A stretch of 64,000 bases of DNA from Candidatus Micrarchaeia archaeon. Lineage in GTDB: Archaea > Micrarchaeota > Micrarchaeia > Anstonellales > Anstonellaceae. The stretch lies in the NCBI GenBank assembly GCA_041665945.1, contig JBAYHU010000002.1, forward strand, positions 43,350-107,349. Reading direction: 5' to 3'. Under the pieces are notes generated by a model that did no database searches, was not told where the DNA came from, and worked only from the letters and a program-made list of their open reading frames with translations. The translations under genes were made by a program, and so were the position numbers. Shown here one piece after another: positions 46,130 to 55,271 of this stretch. How positions within the stretch are numbered: the first letter of the stretch is position 1; every line of letters begins with the position of its first letter.

Positions 46130-47092
46130 TCAGTCCCACTTTGCGTAGTGCCTGTCGCAGCCGTCCGGCGTCGGGATTGCGGATGGCGAGATGAAGAGCT
46201 TGAGGTAGCCGACGAATGGGATTTGCAGGATTACTCTGCCTTTCGAGCGGGAGACTTCCACAGGGCGGTTGCCCTGCCCTGAAACCTCGTCATACACCTG
46301 CACGTCGAAAATCGGGTTGTTGTCCCCCCTTGTGAGGAAATAAGTCTTGCCGTCCTCTTCGGACGCGAGGAGGATGAATGCGCGGTGGATGATGTCGCCC
46401 ACGCGGGAATAGTATTCGCCTTTTTCGGGCTGGTAGACGACCACGCTGTTTGAGAGGTTTTCATAATAGCGGACGTTGTTCACCTGGAGCCATGAAACGC
46501 AGGGCCCGTATTGCATGGTGCCTGACTTCGGATAGACTATGGTGCACCTGCCGTAGCCGAAGGTGAGCTCGCCGTGCCGCTCGGTGAAATTTTCCGGGGA
46601 TGAGACGAATCTGGAACACATCGAATCGCCCCTGCGGATGGCGCAGTAGGAATATATGGAGCCGCTCGCCTCCACCGCGAAATTGCCGCCCTCGTAAATC
46701 TTAGCCGTGCCTATGCCGCGGATTGAGGAAATGTTCGCCTGCGGCGCGGCTATCTGCCCGCCCTGCAGGACTATCATGTCGCCGCGCTGTATGTGCGGAA
46801 GCATCGAGCAGGAGACGATTGCGTTCAATGGGACCGACGTCTGGAGGATGAAGCCCGAGCCGAACCAGACCACGAGTGCGAGAAGAAGCGCGATTGCGGT
46901 TTCCTTGATCTCTGATTTCACGCCGTGCTCGCTCGCCCCCTGCATGAATTCGAGCGCGACAAGCGAGACTATGCAGACGCCGATTAGCAGCCCGAAAATC
47001 CACACGCCGGACAATAAGTAGAAGATGAAAAATGCCGCGATGAGCCCGTAGAGGAAGCGGGAGTCCTGAAGCAGTGCGGGCACGCCTTTCAT
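46130..47092 (-). CDS. Signal peptidase I (archaeal/ER Sec11-type)
   Basis: N-terminal TM helix, catalytic-Ser box ...VSCSMLPHIQRGDMIVL and GDNN box (YFLTRGDNNPIFD). Contains a long beta-rich insertion. The ORF finder start is a TTG; the internal ATG at MKGVPALL is preferred. Confidence 0.75.
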   Translation of the reverse strand: MKGVPALLQDSRFLYGLIAAFFIFYLLSGVWIFGLLIGVCIVSLVALEFMQGASEHGVKSEIKETAIALLLALVVWFGSGFILQTSVPLNAIVSCSMLPHIQRGDMIVLQGGQIAAPQANISSIRGIGTAKIYEGGNFAVEASGSIYSYCAIRRGDSMCSRFVSSPENFTERHGELTFGYGRCTIVYPKSGTMQYGPCVSWLQVNNVRYYENLSNSVVVYQPEKGEYYSRVGDIIHRAFILLASEEDGKTYFLTRGDNNPIFDVQVYDEVSGQGNRPVEVSRSKGRVILQIPFVGYLKLFISPSAIPTPDGCDRHYAKWD

Positions 47093-47198
47093 CGGCGCGC
47101 CCTTGCCGGTTGGTTTGCTTTCCGCCAAATAAACGCCCCGTCGCGCGATTCACCGCGCCCTTGCCGCTGGCTTCTTCGCGCCCGCGGCTTGCAGCCAA

Positions 47199-47483
47199 TT
47201 ACTTCTTCGGCTTCTTCGCGTCCTTTATCGCGTCGCGGAATTCGGTCGCCATCTTCTTGAGGCGCTTGACCGCGCTCTTGAGCGCATTGAGGGGCGTGCC
47301 GGAAGAGGTGCGGATCATGAGCACCGGGCTTGCGACAATCGGGTGGTCGAGGCGGTATGCCGCGAACTCGACGTTCTCGTCCTCGAGCAGAAGCTCCTTG
47401 AGCATGTTCGCCATGCCGTATTCCTCGCCCTTGAGCGTGACTTCCAGATAATCCTTTTCGTTTTTGACTACTTCGATTTCCAT
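47199..47483 (-). CDS. rpoL: DNA-directed RNA polymerase subunit L (Rpo11)
   Basis: 94 aa with the ...FAAYRLDHPIVASPVLMIRT Rpb11-like core. SD GGGGGATAAC. Confidence 0.8.
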   Translation of the reverse strand: MEIEVVKNEKDYLEVTLKGEEYGMANMLKELLLEDENVEFAAYRLDHPIVASPVLMIRTSSGTPLNALKSAVKRLKKMATEFRDAIKDAKKPKK

Positions 47484-47502
47484 GTTATCCCCCGTGCAAT
47501 CC

Positions 47503-48075
47503 TTACCTGTCCACGCTTGCCTTCCTGTAATCGTTCGCGGTCTTGCGGTTGTCCTTTGCCCCGCAGTCCTCGCATTGGAGCAGCCCCGACTCGATTTTCA
47601 TCGGGTGGCGGCACTTTGCGCAGAACGCCTTTATCGCGCCCAATTCGTCCGAGTCCGTCGTGAGGCGGAACTCGCCGTTCTGCAGAGCCGCGATTTTCGC
47701 GCGGATGATGTCGCCTATCCTGTATTCGTCGCGCACGTTTTTCACGTAGCCGCGGCGTATCATCGAGGCGTGAAGCACCGAGTAGTCGGGGTTCTCCCCG
47801 AAGCGGTGCTCGGCGTGCTCGCCGGATTTTATGCTGATTAATGCGATTGGCTCCACTATGTTCTCGACCGTGCCTATGACCACGGTGCCGACCTCAAGCG
47901 CGTGCAGCGGGCGCGACTGCGCGACCGACAGCTTGTGCGAGTCCTCATCGGCATTGCCCGCAAGGGTGGAGTAAATGCGCTCCTTGTCCGAGAACGTGCC
48001 CCGGTCGGAGAGATATTCCTCTTCTGTGCCGAGGAAATCCCCCGGAACCACGAATTTCTTGTCTAGCTTGTCCAT
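47503..48075 (-). CDS. csl4: Exosome RNA-binding subunit Csl4
   Basis: S1 domain plus C-terminal zinc ribbon (C-x2-C...C-x2-C). Adjacent to rpoL, as in many archaea. Confidence 0.85.
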   Translation of the reverse strand: MDKLDKKFVVPGDFLGTEEEYLSDRGTFSDKERIYSTLAGNADEDSHKLSVAQSRPLHALEVGTVVIGTVENIVEPIALISIKSGEHAEHRFGENPDYSVLHASMIRRGYVKNVRDEYRIGDIIRAKIAALQNGEFRLTTDSDELGAIKAFCAKCRHPMKIESGLLQCEDCGAKDNRKTANDYRKASVDR

Positions 48076-48136
48076 TATAACCCCTATTCCGCCTTTTTTC
48101 CTTAAAACGAGCGAGGAAAATTAGATTCCATAAATA

Positions 48137-48144
48137 TTTAAATA
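48137..48144. promoter_or_regulatory. TATA box TTTAAATA (within near-palindrome AAATATTTAAATA) shared by divergent csl4 and DUF373-like gene
   Basis: About 25 nt upstream of ATG 48165 with no SD in between, consistent with a leaderless mRNA. 55-70 nt upstream of the csl4 start. Confidence 0.45.
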
Positions 48145-48164
48145 GGTTTTCCCCAACCCACCAT

Positions 48165-49409
48165 ATGGCAATCAAAAAGGGCAAACTGGTGCTTTGCATC
48201 GACAGGGACAACGACCTGTACGAGAAGGCGAAGGTTTCAGGGCCCATTATCGGCAGGGAAGCCAACCTCGCGGCAGCCACCAAGCTCGCCCTTGCGGACC
48301 CGACGGAGCCGGACGCCAACACCATATTCCGCGCCATCGGGATATACGACTCGCTTGGGAACGAAGGCCCGGTGCAGGTGGTCACGCTCACTGGCTCGCA
48401 GTCGCTGGGCTACTCGGCGGACAAGGAAATATCCTCGCAGCTTGAAAAGGTGCTCTCCGACTTCCCCGCAGATTCGTGCATATTCGTCTCCGACGGGGCG
48501 TCGGACGAGCAGATAATGCCCGTGGTGCGCTCGCGGCTCAAAATCGACGCAGTGGAAATCGTGGTCATGAAGCAGGCAAAGGAGCTTGAGAAGACATATT
48601 TCGTCATACTTGAGAAGCTCAAGGAGCCGCACTATGCGAGGCTGATTTTCGGCGCGCCCGCGCTTATCCTTATACTTTTCGCAGCCAGCCGCTACCTTGG
48701 CTGGGGGCTTGAGTTCGTCGCGGCGATACTCGCGGTTTACCTCGGGACAAAGGCGTTCGGAATAGAGGAATTGTTCCTGCGCTCGGCATCCGCGTTCCGC
48801 TTTTCCGCGGACAAGATTTCAAGCATCGTCTACCTGTTCTTCCTCATCATGCTCCTTATTTCTGGCTGGGCGGCATACCAGCGCTACATGGAAGCAGTGG
48901 GCATAGGGCTTGACGGGGTGAAGACCACGGCAACGCTTGTCAAGACGCTTGCCAACCTGCTCTCGATTTCGTTCATGGTGCTTCTCGCAGGCAAGATGAT
49001 TGACATCATGAACGACAAGGAACAGCGCAAAATCGAGCTTCCGAGATATGGATTGTGGGCGATAACCACGGTCATTATCTGGTTCGTGCTTTCCGTGGCG
49101 TCCGACTGGGTGCTCAACACCACCCCGCCGTACGTGTCGTTCTCCGACTTCCTGCTTGCGGTATTGTCAAGCATGGTGATGGGATTCGCCGGCATCTGGG
49201 CGATGAAACAGATAAAAGTCTCGATAATCGCCCGCCTCAAGCTCGAGAACAAGGAACTCTTCGCGGAGAACGGCGCTTACCTTGGCAAGATAATGGGGCT
49301 GGACCCGCAGGAGTCCACAGTAATCTACCGCTCGCCCTTGGGGCAGAAGCTCACGATTTCGCTTGAGGACGTGACTTCGGTCGGCGAGAGAGTGATGGTA
49401 AAGGCTTAG
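48165..49409 (+). CDS. DUF373-like archaeal membrane protein (414 aa)
   Basis: N-terminal soluble domain (LVLCIDRDNDL...) followed by about 6 TM helices. Resembles the conserved archaeal DUF373 family. Probably leaderless. Confidence 0.6.
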   Translation: MAIKKGKLVLCIDRDNDLYEKAKVSGPIIGREANLAAATKLALADPTEPDANTIFRAIGIYDSLGNEGPVQVVTLTGSQSLGYSADKEISSQLEKVLSDFPADSCIFVSDGASDEQIMPVVRSRLKIDAVEIVVMKQAKELEKTYFVILEKLKEPHYARLIFGAPALILILFAASRYLGWGLEFVAAILAVYLGTKAFGIEELFLRSASAFRFSADKISSIVYLFFLIMLLISGWAAYQRYMEAVGIGLDGVKTTATLVKTLANLLSISFMVLLAGKMIDIMNDKEQRKIELPRYGLWAITTVIIWFVLSVASDWVLNTTPPYVSFSDFLLAVLSSMVMGFAGIWAMKQIKVSIIARLKLENKELFAENGAYLGKIMGLDPQESTVIYRSPLGQKLTISLEDVTSVGERVMVKA

Positions 49410-49453
49410 GGGGCGAAGAAAGGATTAAAAGCCGGGATGAACGAAGTGATTGC

Positions 49454-49690
49454 ATGGGAAAAAAACTGAAAGAGTTTGATGTTGTTTTCGAGTCTGGCGA
49501 AGATGGTTACGTGGCGGCATTCGTCCCGGCGCTGCCCGGGTGCCACACGCAGGGCAGGACTATTGCCGAAGCGGTGCGGAACGTGAAGGAGGCAATCAGC
49601 CTGTACCTTGAGGTCGCATCGGAGAGCAGGGCACGCTCCAAGTCAAAATTCATGGGCATCCGGAGGATAGGCGTCCCTCTTCCTGCGTGA
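49454..49690 (+). CDS. hicB: HicB-family antitoxin
   Basis: FESGEDGYVAAFVPALPGCHTQGRTIAEAVRNVKEAISLYLE matches the HicB/UPF0150 fold. Confidence 0.8.
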   Translation: MGKKLKEFDVVFESGEDGYVAAFVPALPGCHTQGRTIAEAVRNVKEAISLYLEVASESRARSKSKFMGIRRIGVPLPA

Positions 49691-49694
49691 GCGC

Positions 49695-49922
49695 ATGAAA
49701 CTGAAGCCGGTTTCTCCCAAGAAAGTCGTCTCAGTCCTGATTGAACTTGGCTATTCGCCGGTTCGACAAAAAGGCTCGCACCTGATTCTGCGGAATGACA
49801 AGGGGAAGCTATCGGTGGTGCCGATGCACCAAAAGGACATCGGCGTCAGCCTGCTGCGCGAAATCATCCGCGAACTCGGAATAACGCGGGAAGAGTTCCT
49901 TGCGCTTTGCAGGAAGAAATAG
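49695..49922 (+). CDS. hicA: HicA-family mRNA interferase toxin
   Basis: ...RQKGSHLILRNDKGKLSVVPMHQKDIGVSLLREIIRELGI matches HicA/YcfA. It starts 4 nt after the hicB stop. Confidence 0.8.
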   Translation: MKLKPVSPKKVVSVLIELGYSPVRQKGSHLILRNDKGKLSVVPMHQKDIGVSLLREIIRELGITREEFLALCRKK

Positions 49923-50010
49923 GCAAGCACGCAATGGTGAAGGATCGGTGCGCCCGGCATAGTTTTCGGGCAGATAATGAGGGCGGAGAAGAACGTGTGA
50001 GCCCCGGAAT

Positions 50011-52050
50011 TCAGTCTCTCTTTCCTTTCATCATCGCGCCCATCTTTGCGATCAGCTTGCGCTTCTTCTCCGAGTCGACAAGCGCGACTTTCAGGACATC
50101 CGTGAAGGTGCTGGCGGGGATGATTTCAATCTTGTTCTTGAACTTGCCGGAAAGGTAAATGTCCTCGACATTGCTCTTGGGCACGATTATGTGCTTGATG
50201 CCGGATTCTATCGCGGCTTCGGTCTTGCCAGTCACCCCGCCAACAGGCAGCACTTCCCCGCGCACGGACAGCGAACCGGTCATTGCGATATCCTGCCTGA
50301 CAGGTATGCCCTCCATTGCGGAGATTATCGCCACTGCGATTGAAATGGACGCGGAATCGCCCTCCACGCCTTCGTATGTCTGGAGGAACTGCACGTGCAT
50401 GTCGTATTGAGAGACATCCTTGCCCATGTGCTTTTTCATGATTGCAGAGACATTCTCAACCGCCTCTTTTGCGATTGTGCCGAGTTTTCCTGTTGCTATG
50501 AGCTTGCCTTCGGATTTCGAGGATGCGGGCGTCACTTCCGCTACAATCGGCATTACCAGCCCGGAGGATGCATCACCCAGAACAGCAAGCCCGTTGACCT
50601 TGCCGACCTGTGCCCCTTCGGTCATGAATACCTGATAATCTTTCCTGCCCTCGACAAAGCGACTGCTCATCTGCTGCTCGATTGTCTGGGCAACGCCGCG
50701 CGCGCGGACTACATGCTCCGCATCCACGACTTTTGCCTTCTCTTCGTTCGCTATGTCGCCTGCTGCGCGCACAAGCCCGCCGAGTTCGCGCAGGTTGAGG
50801 GACAAGCGCTTCTTCCTTCCGGCTTTCCTCTTGGCTTCCTCGATTATTTCCTGCACTGCGTCATAAGTGAAATGGGGGATTTTTTTGTCCTTTGCGATTT
50901 CCTGCGCCACGAACTGCACGTAGCGGTCGCGGTTCTCAGGCGTGTCGGGCATGGAATCCTGGACGTAAAGCTCGTAGCCGTTGCCGCGGATTCTCGAGCG
51001 CAGCGCGGGGTGCATGGCGCGGATGTCGAAGAGGTTGCCTGCTGCGACCAGAACGAATTCACATGGAACCGGCTCGGTTTTCACTATTGCGCCGGATGAG
51101 TTTTCGCTCTGCCCTGTTATCGGGTATTTCTTTTCCTGCATTGCCGTGAGAAGCTCCTGCTGGGAGCGCGGCTTGAGCGAGGCTATTTCATCAATGTAAA
51201 GAACTCCCTTGTTGGCGCGGTGTATTGCGCCTGCTTCCACTCGCAAGTGCGCAGGAGTGCCAAGCCCGCCTGATTGCAGCGGGTCGTGCTTCACATCGCC
51301 TAAAAGCGCGCCTGCCTTTGAGCCGGTCGCGTCAACGAACGGGGCGGCTTTCTTGCCGGTGTTGTCCACCACGAGCTTGGGCTCATTGTAGTCGGTTCCC
51401 ATGCCCATGCGCTTGCCGAATGTATTCGTGAAGCGGAATAGAAGGTAGAGTATGCCCACGCCCAAAAGCGCGGCGAGCACGAACCACTTGTTCTCGTTGT
51501 TCAATGAGCCGGTTGCGTAAAGGAAAATGATTGCCGCGATTATTATGAAGAGAAAAACCATGCCGTTGGGCGCGCCCTTGTAAGCAGATGCCTCGCGCTG
51601 CCGCGCCGCCTGCTGCATCATCCTGCCCTGTCCCATGTCCTCGTCTTCCGGAGCTGGCTTCTGCTTCCTGCCCGTCGCTTTCTCCGCCTGCGCGGATAGC
51701 TGCGCAAACATCTGGCGCATCTGGCGGAAAGCCGCGTACATCTGGGAAAGCTGCGGGTCCTTGCGTATTTCTTCCTCTGAAGGATAAGTGGTGACAGTGC
51801 GGACAATCGGGCGGTTCTCGTCGTTGGGGTTGGGATATACCAGCACGTCCTCAAGCTCGGCTGCGGGCATGAGTTCAGCCATCGCCTGCGCAAGCATGGA
51901 TTTGCCGGTGCCGGGCGTGCCAATCATCAGCACGTTGCGCCTCTGCGCAGCCGCCTTTTTCACAATCTTGACCGACTCGTCCTGCCCGATTACCTGGTCT
52001 ATGAGCTTCTGTGGAACCTTGATTTCTTCCGTTGTTTTGAAAGCGCGCAT
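50011..52050 (-). CDS. lon: Archaeal membrane-bound Lon protease (LonB)
   Basis: AAA+ Walker A GTPGTGKS, a membrane insertion with 2 TM helices, and a C-terminal Lon protease domain with the Ser-Lys dyad. 679 aa. SD AGGTG. Confidence 0.95.
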   Translation of the reverse strand: MRAFKTTEEIKVPQKLIDQVIGQDESVKIVKKAAAQRRNVLMIGTPGTGKSMLAQAMAELMPAAELEDVLVYPNPNDENRPIVRTVTTYPSEEEIRKDPQLSQMYAAFRQMRQMFAQLSAQAEKATGRKQKPAPEDEDMGQGRMMQQAARQREASAYKGAPNGMVFLFIIIAAIIFLYATGSLNNENKWFVLAALLGVGILYLLFRFTNTFGKRMGMGTDYNEPKLVVDNTGKKAAPFVDATGSKAGALLGDVKHDPLQSGGLGTPAHLRVEAGAIHRANKGVLYIDEIASLKPRSQQELLTAMQEKKYPITGQSENSSGAIVKTEPVPCEFVLVAAGNLFDIRAMHPALRSRIRGNGYELYVQDSMPDTPENRDRYVQFVAQEIAKDKKIPHFTYDAVQEIIEEAKRKAGRKKRLSLNLRELGGLVRAAGDIANEEKAKVVDAEHVVRARGVAQTIEQQMSSRFVEGRKDYQVFMTEGAQVGKVNGLAVLGDASSGLVMPIVAEVTPASSKSEGKLIATGKLGTIAKEAVENVSAIMKKHMGKDVSQYDMHVQFLQTYEGVEGDSASISIAVAIISAMEGIPVRQDIAMTGSLSVRGEVLPVGGVTGKTEAAIESGIKHIIVPKSNVEDIYLSGKFKNKIEIIPASTFTDVLKVALVDSEKKRKLIAKMGAMMKGKRD

Positions 52051-52128
52051 GATGACACCTGAAAATAAGTTGAGTGTTGTGGATGGCTCGGTTCGGGTTT
52101 AAAAGGGTTTGTTCCCGGAGCTGCCCGC

Positions 52129-52689
52129 TCACTTATTCGCAACGATATCCGCGACTTGGTAGGTAAGCGAATTTATCGAAGCGTTGATATTCGTTGAAAG
52201 CCTCGCCTTTGCCGCGTCGCACTCGGTTATTATGGAGCAGCGGTTGAAGTCCAGCCAGCTTCCGTAGACCGGCGTGTCCTTAAGCGAGATGATGAGCGCC
52301 TCGAGGCGCTTGATTTTCGGGGTTGTCGGAACCTTGCCGGGCCCGTACGCGTCGTCGAAGTAGGTCTGCACGAGCTTGTATTGGGCTATGAGGTCGGTTT
52401 TCACGCGGGCTGCGGCGAGCACTTCCGAGCCGTCCTTCAGCGTGGCTATCTGCTCCTGCTGGTCGGAAATCAGGGTTTCAGTCGCCTTCCTCGCGTCGTT
52501 GCAGTCGTCCAGCTGCGTCTTGCAGCTGTTCACGCGCGACGTCATGGAATCAAGCGCCGCGGTGGATTCCGCTTTTTGCAGGGCGCATGTTGCCGCCAAA
52601 TCGTCGTATTTCGACTGCGGCACGGTGGCTGCGCAGCCGGCAAGAAGAATGATGCAGGCGATAATGGCGAATGCCGACGTCTTTTGCAT
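52129..52689 (-). CDS. Putative lipoprotein (186 aa), coiled-coil rich
   Basis: Signal peptide with lipobox LLAGC. Multiple conserved Cys in the mature part. A TATA-like TTTATATTATATATAG lies 22-37 nt upstream. Confidence 0.6.
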   Translation of the reverse strand: MQKTSAFAIIACIILLAGCAATVPQSKYDDLAATCALQKAESTAALDSMTSRVNSCKTQLDDCNDARKATETLISDQQEQIATLKDGSEVLAAARVKTDLIAQYKLVQTYFDDAYGPGKVPTTPKIKRLEALIISLKDTPVYGSWLDFNRCSIITECDAAKARLSTNINASINSLTYQVADIVANK

Positions 52690-52744
52690 GAGAAGGAAAT
52701 GCGCCCAGCTTTTATATTATATATAGATGGAGAAGCGCGAGTGT

Positions 52745-52801
52745 GTTAAGTTGGTGCTAACAGTGTTAACAACGTATTAACATTTATAAACTCTTGTTAA
52801 T
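52745..52801. promoter_or_regulatory. Array of GTTAACA-like half sites (GTTAAG, GCTAACA, GTTAACA, ATTAACA, GTTAATA) at about 10-bp phasing, overlapping TATA box TTTATAAA (52783-52790)
   Basis: Five related heptamers within 57 bp, immediately upstream of the wHTH regulator-grpE-dnaK operon. The palindromic GTTAAC core and one-helical-turn spacing suggest an operator. Confidence 0.45.
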
Positions 52802-52822
52802 AAGGAATTGACAGTGAGTGAT

Positions 52823-53263
52823 ATGGAAAAGGAAAAGACCTCGATGGTTGCAAGAAAGCCGCCCGCGCAGGACGCGGACACCGAGCTTGTCGAGCTTTGC
52901 AGGATGATGAGGCTCATGTCCGAGCGGGACGTGGATGCCACGCTTGCGCAGGTGCTCAAGACCATGATGGTTTCAGCCCGCGACCGCCCCGTAGGTGGGA
53001 GCGAGCTTGCCAAGGCGTCGGGAATCAACAGGATAACTATCATACACCACCTCAAGCGGCTTGAAATCGCGGGCTTCGTGCGCCGCGACGAGGGCAAGTA
53101 CGTGATGCGCGTGCATTCCGCCGAGGGAATGCTTGTGGAATTCCGCAAGGAGATGGAAGAGGCGTTCGCCGAGATGGACGAGCTTGCCCGCGAAATAGAC
53201 CAGCAGTTCGAGCAGGCGGGCAGGGGCGCGGTGGACATAAACAGGCGCAGGCGCCTGCCTTAG
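52823..53263 (+). CDS. Winged-helix transcriptional regulator, first gene of grpE-dnaK operon (candidate heat-shock regulator)
   Basis: wHTH ...GGSELAKASGINRITIIHHLKRLEIAGFVRRDEGKYV... followed by a C-terminal coiled coil. GTGAGTGAT-ATG context. The ORF finder started 5 codons upstream at a TTG. Confidence 0.65.
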   Translation: MEKEKTSMVARKPPAQDADTELVELCRMMRLMSERDVDATLAQVLKTMMVSARDRPVGGSELAKASGINRITIIHHLKRLEIAGFVRRDEGKYVMRVHSAEGMLVEFRKEMEEAFAEMDELAREIDQQFEQAGRGAVDINRRRRLP

Positions 53264-53276
53264 GGGTTGCAATCTT

Positions 53277-53864
53277 ATGAACAAGAACGAAACGCGCACG
53301 GAAAACGCTGCAAAACAGGCGGCAAACGACACCGAGCACTCGCAGTCGAACCTCGTGCCCGGGCAGGAGGATGCGGAAAAGGAGCTTTCGGAAACGACTG
53401 ACCGACTGCTTCGCCTGACGGCGGAATTCGACAATTACAAGAAGCGGACGGCAAAGGAGAAGGAGCAGCTCGCGATTCATGCCGAAGGGAAGCTCATGCT
53501 CCAGTTCCTCCCGATTTACGAGGAAATTGCGCTTGCGGAAAAGGAAGCGGCAAAGGTGAAGGAAGAGGCGGTGCGCGAGGGAGTGCTGATGGTGCTCTCC
53601 AAACTGCGCGCGGCGTTCGAGAAGGAAGGCTTGCAGGAAATGAAGCTCGACGGCGAGAAATTCGACCCGTACCGCCACGAAGTCGCGCTTCGCGAGGAGT
53701 CGGACGCGCCGGAAGGCGAGATTGTGAGGGTAATACAGAAAGGGTATTTGTTCAAGGGCGCCGTGCTGCGGCACGCGATTGTTTCCGTTTCAAGCGGAAA
53801 AAAGGCAAGCGGGATGAAAAAAGCGGATGATGCTGACGAAAAAACCGAACCGGAGAAAGAGTGA
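53277..53864 (+). CDS. grpE: Nucleotide exchange factor GrpE
   Basis: ...LLRLTAEFDNYKKRTAKEKEQ... is a GrpE signature. 195 aa. Confidence 0.9.
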   Translation: MNKNETRTENAAKQAANDTEHSQSNLVPGQEDAEKELSETTDRLLRLTAEFDNYKKRTAKEKEQLAIHAEGKLMLQFLPIYEEIALAEKEAAKVKEEAVREGVLMVLSKLRAAFEKEGLQEMKLDGEKFDPYRHEVALREESDAPEGEIVRVIQKGYLFKGAVLRHAIVSVSSGKKASGMKKADDADEKTEPEKE

Positions 53865-53873
53865 GGTGGGAAC

Positions 53874-54206
53874 ATGCAAGGATTTGCAATAGTCAAGCTC
53901 GAAGCCGACAACGTCGCGGTTGAGGAAAACGTTGTCCAGCAGTTCAACGAGTACATGCAGAGAACCGAAAAGACGCAGTCGTTCGTCCATGACGGGGAAG
54001 GGTATTTCCGCATGGCTTACAGCGAGAAAGTCGGCATGACGTCCGCCCCGATTGAGACGTTCGGGAATTTCCTGCTCTCAAGCGGGTATTCGGTGAACGG
54101 GATATCGAGCGCGAACACGATTGACGGGGAAAACGGAACCATGGTTTCGTTTGAAAAAGGCGGAAAGGAGGCGCACGTGACGCTTTCCACCGTGAGAATA
54201 TATTGA
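53874..54206 (+). CDS. Hypothetical protein (110 aa) inserted between grpE and dnaK
   Basis: SD GAGGTGGGAAC-ATG. No recognisable family. Confidence 0.55.
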   Translation: MQGFAIVKLEADNVAVEENVVQQFNEYMQRTEKTQSFVHDGEGYFRMAYSEKVGMTSAPIETFGNFLLSSGYSVNGISSANTIDGENGTMVSFEKGGKEAHVTLSTVRIY

Positions 54207-54219
54207 GAAGGCGATGACC

Positions 54220-55257
54220 ATGGCTATCGATGAAGAAAAAATTCTCAAGAATACCGATGCATACACGGCAGTTATGTTCGGAGGCTTGTTCGGCGCGTTT
54301 GTAGGAATAATTTTTTCTCTGTTCATTCTTCCATTTACACTTAGGGGCACTGATGGAAGAATAATGTATTTTGCAACTGAAACTCCTATGACTTTGCCTT
54401 TGCAATTCGACCAATGGCAGGTGTTTGTACTTGGAATGTTTCTAGTGTTTTTAGTGTTGTTTGCAGTAATGGCTACGATATTTCAAACACTCCTAAGATG
54501 GAAAAGCAATGCGCTTAAGGACGTAAAATTGCCTGCAGAATACATCAAAAAGAACATTTACTGGATAGTTGGCATAGGTCTTTTGGTTTCCTTTGGAATA
54601 GTAGGTTGGGACTCCACAAAAATTATCGCCCTATCTACTGTCGCATACACTCTGATGACGATGTTGTTAGTTCTAGAGAATAAAGCGATGAGAGAAGCGC
54701 AGACAGAACCTAGAATGTCAGTATATCTAAAACCAAGAGAAGAATCGATAAATCTGATGGATTTGAATGTTGAAAATATCGGTATGGGGCCTGCCTTTGA
54801 CATCAATTTTAAGATAGAACCAGATTTTGCCTGCATGGGAACCGGTAATCTTTCAACGATACTAAACAAGATAGCGTATCTCACACCGAAAAATACTAGG
54901 AGCGTATTCCTCACTAGCATGCTGGACAACTTTGAAGAAAAAAAGAAGACAAAACTTCTCGTTAAAGTTAGTTATAAAGATAAAAACGGAAAGCAATACA
55001 CAGAAGAATTTACCTTAGATTTCTCTGAATTCGTAGGACTAACCCAGATAGGGAAACCGCCTCTTCATGAAATAGCAGATAATACTGAGAAAATTAGTAA
55101 GGCAATTGAGGGCATACTCTCGAGTTCTGATAGTTTCAGAAAGCCAGAGATTATCGTAACAACAAGAAAAGAGATTGCAGATGAGCGCCAAAAATTAACA
55201 AAGGAAATGAAAAAGAAATTTGAAGCACAGAAGAAAGAGAAACAAAATAATGTTTGA
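54220..55257 (+). CDS. Low-GC (about 38%) membrane protein (about 345 aa) inserted between grpE and dnaK
   Basis: Marked AT-richness relative to its flanks. Four TM helices, then a K/E-rich soluble domain. Its stop is immediately followed by the dnaK SD. Confidence 0.6.
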   Translation: MAIDEEKILKNTDAYTAVMFGGLFGAFVGIIFSLFILPFTLRGTDGRIMYFATETPMTLPLQFDQWQVFVLGMFLVFLVLFAVMATIFQTLLRWKSNALKDVKLPAEYIKKNIYWIVGIGLLVSFGIVGWDSTKIIALSTVAYTLMTMLLVLENKAMREAQTEPRMSVYLKPREESINLMDLNVENIGMGPAFDINFKIEPDFACMGTGNLSTILNKIAYLTPKNTRSVFLTSMLDNFEEKKKTKLLVKVSYKDKNGKQYTEEFTLDFSEFVGLTQIGKPPLHEIADNTEKISKAIEGILSSSDSFRKPEIIVTTRKEIADERQKLTKEMKKKFEAQKKEKQNNV

Positions 55258-55271
55258 AAAAGGTGATTGGA

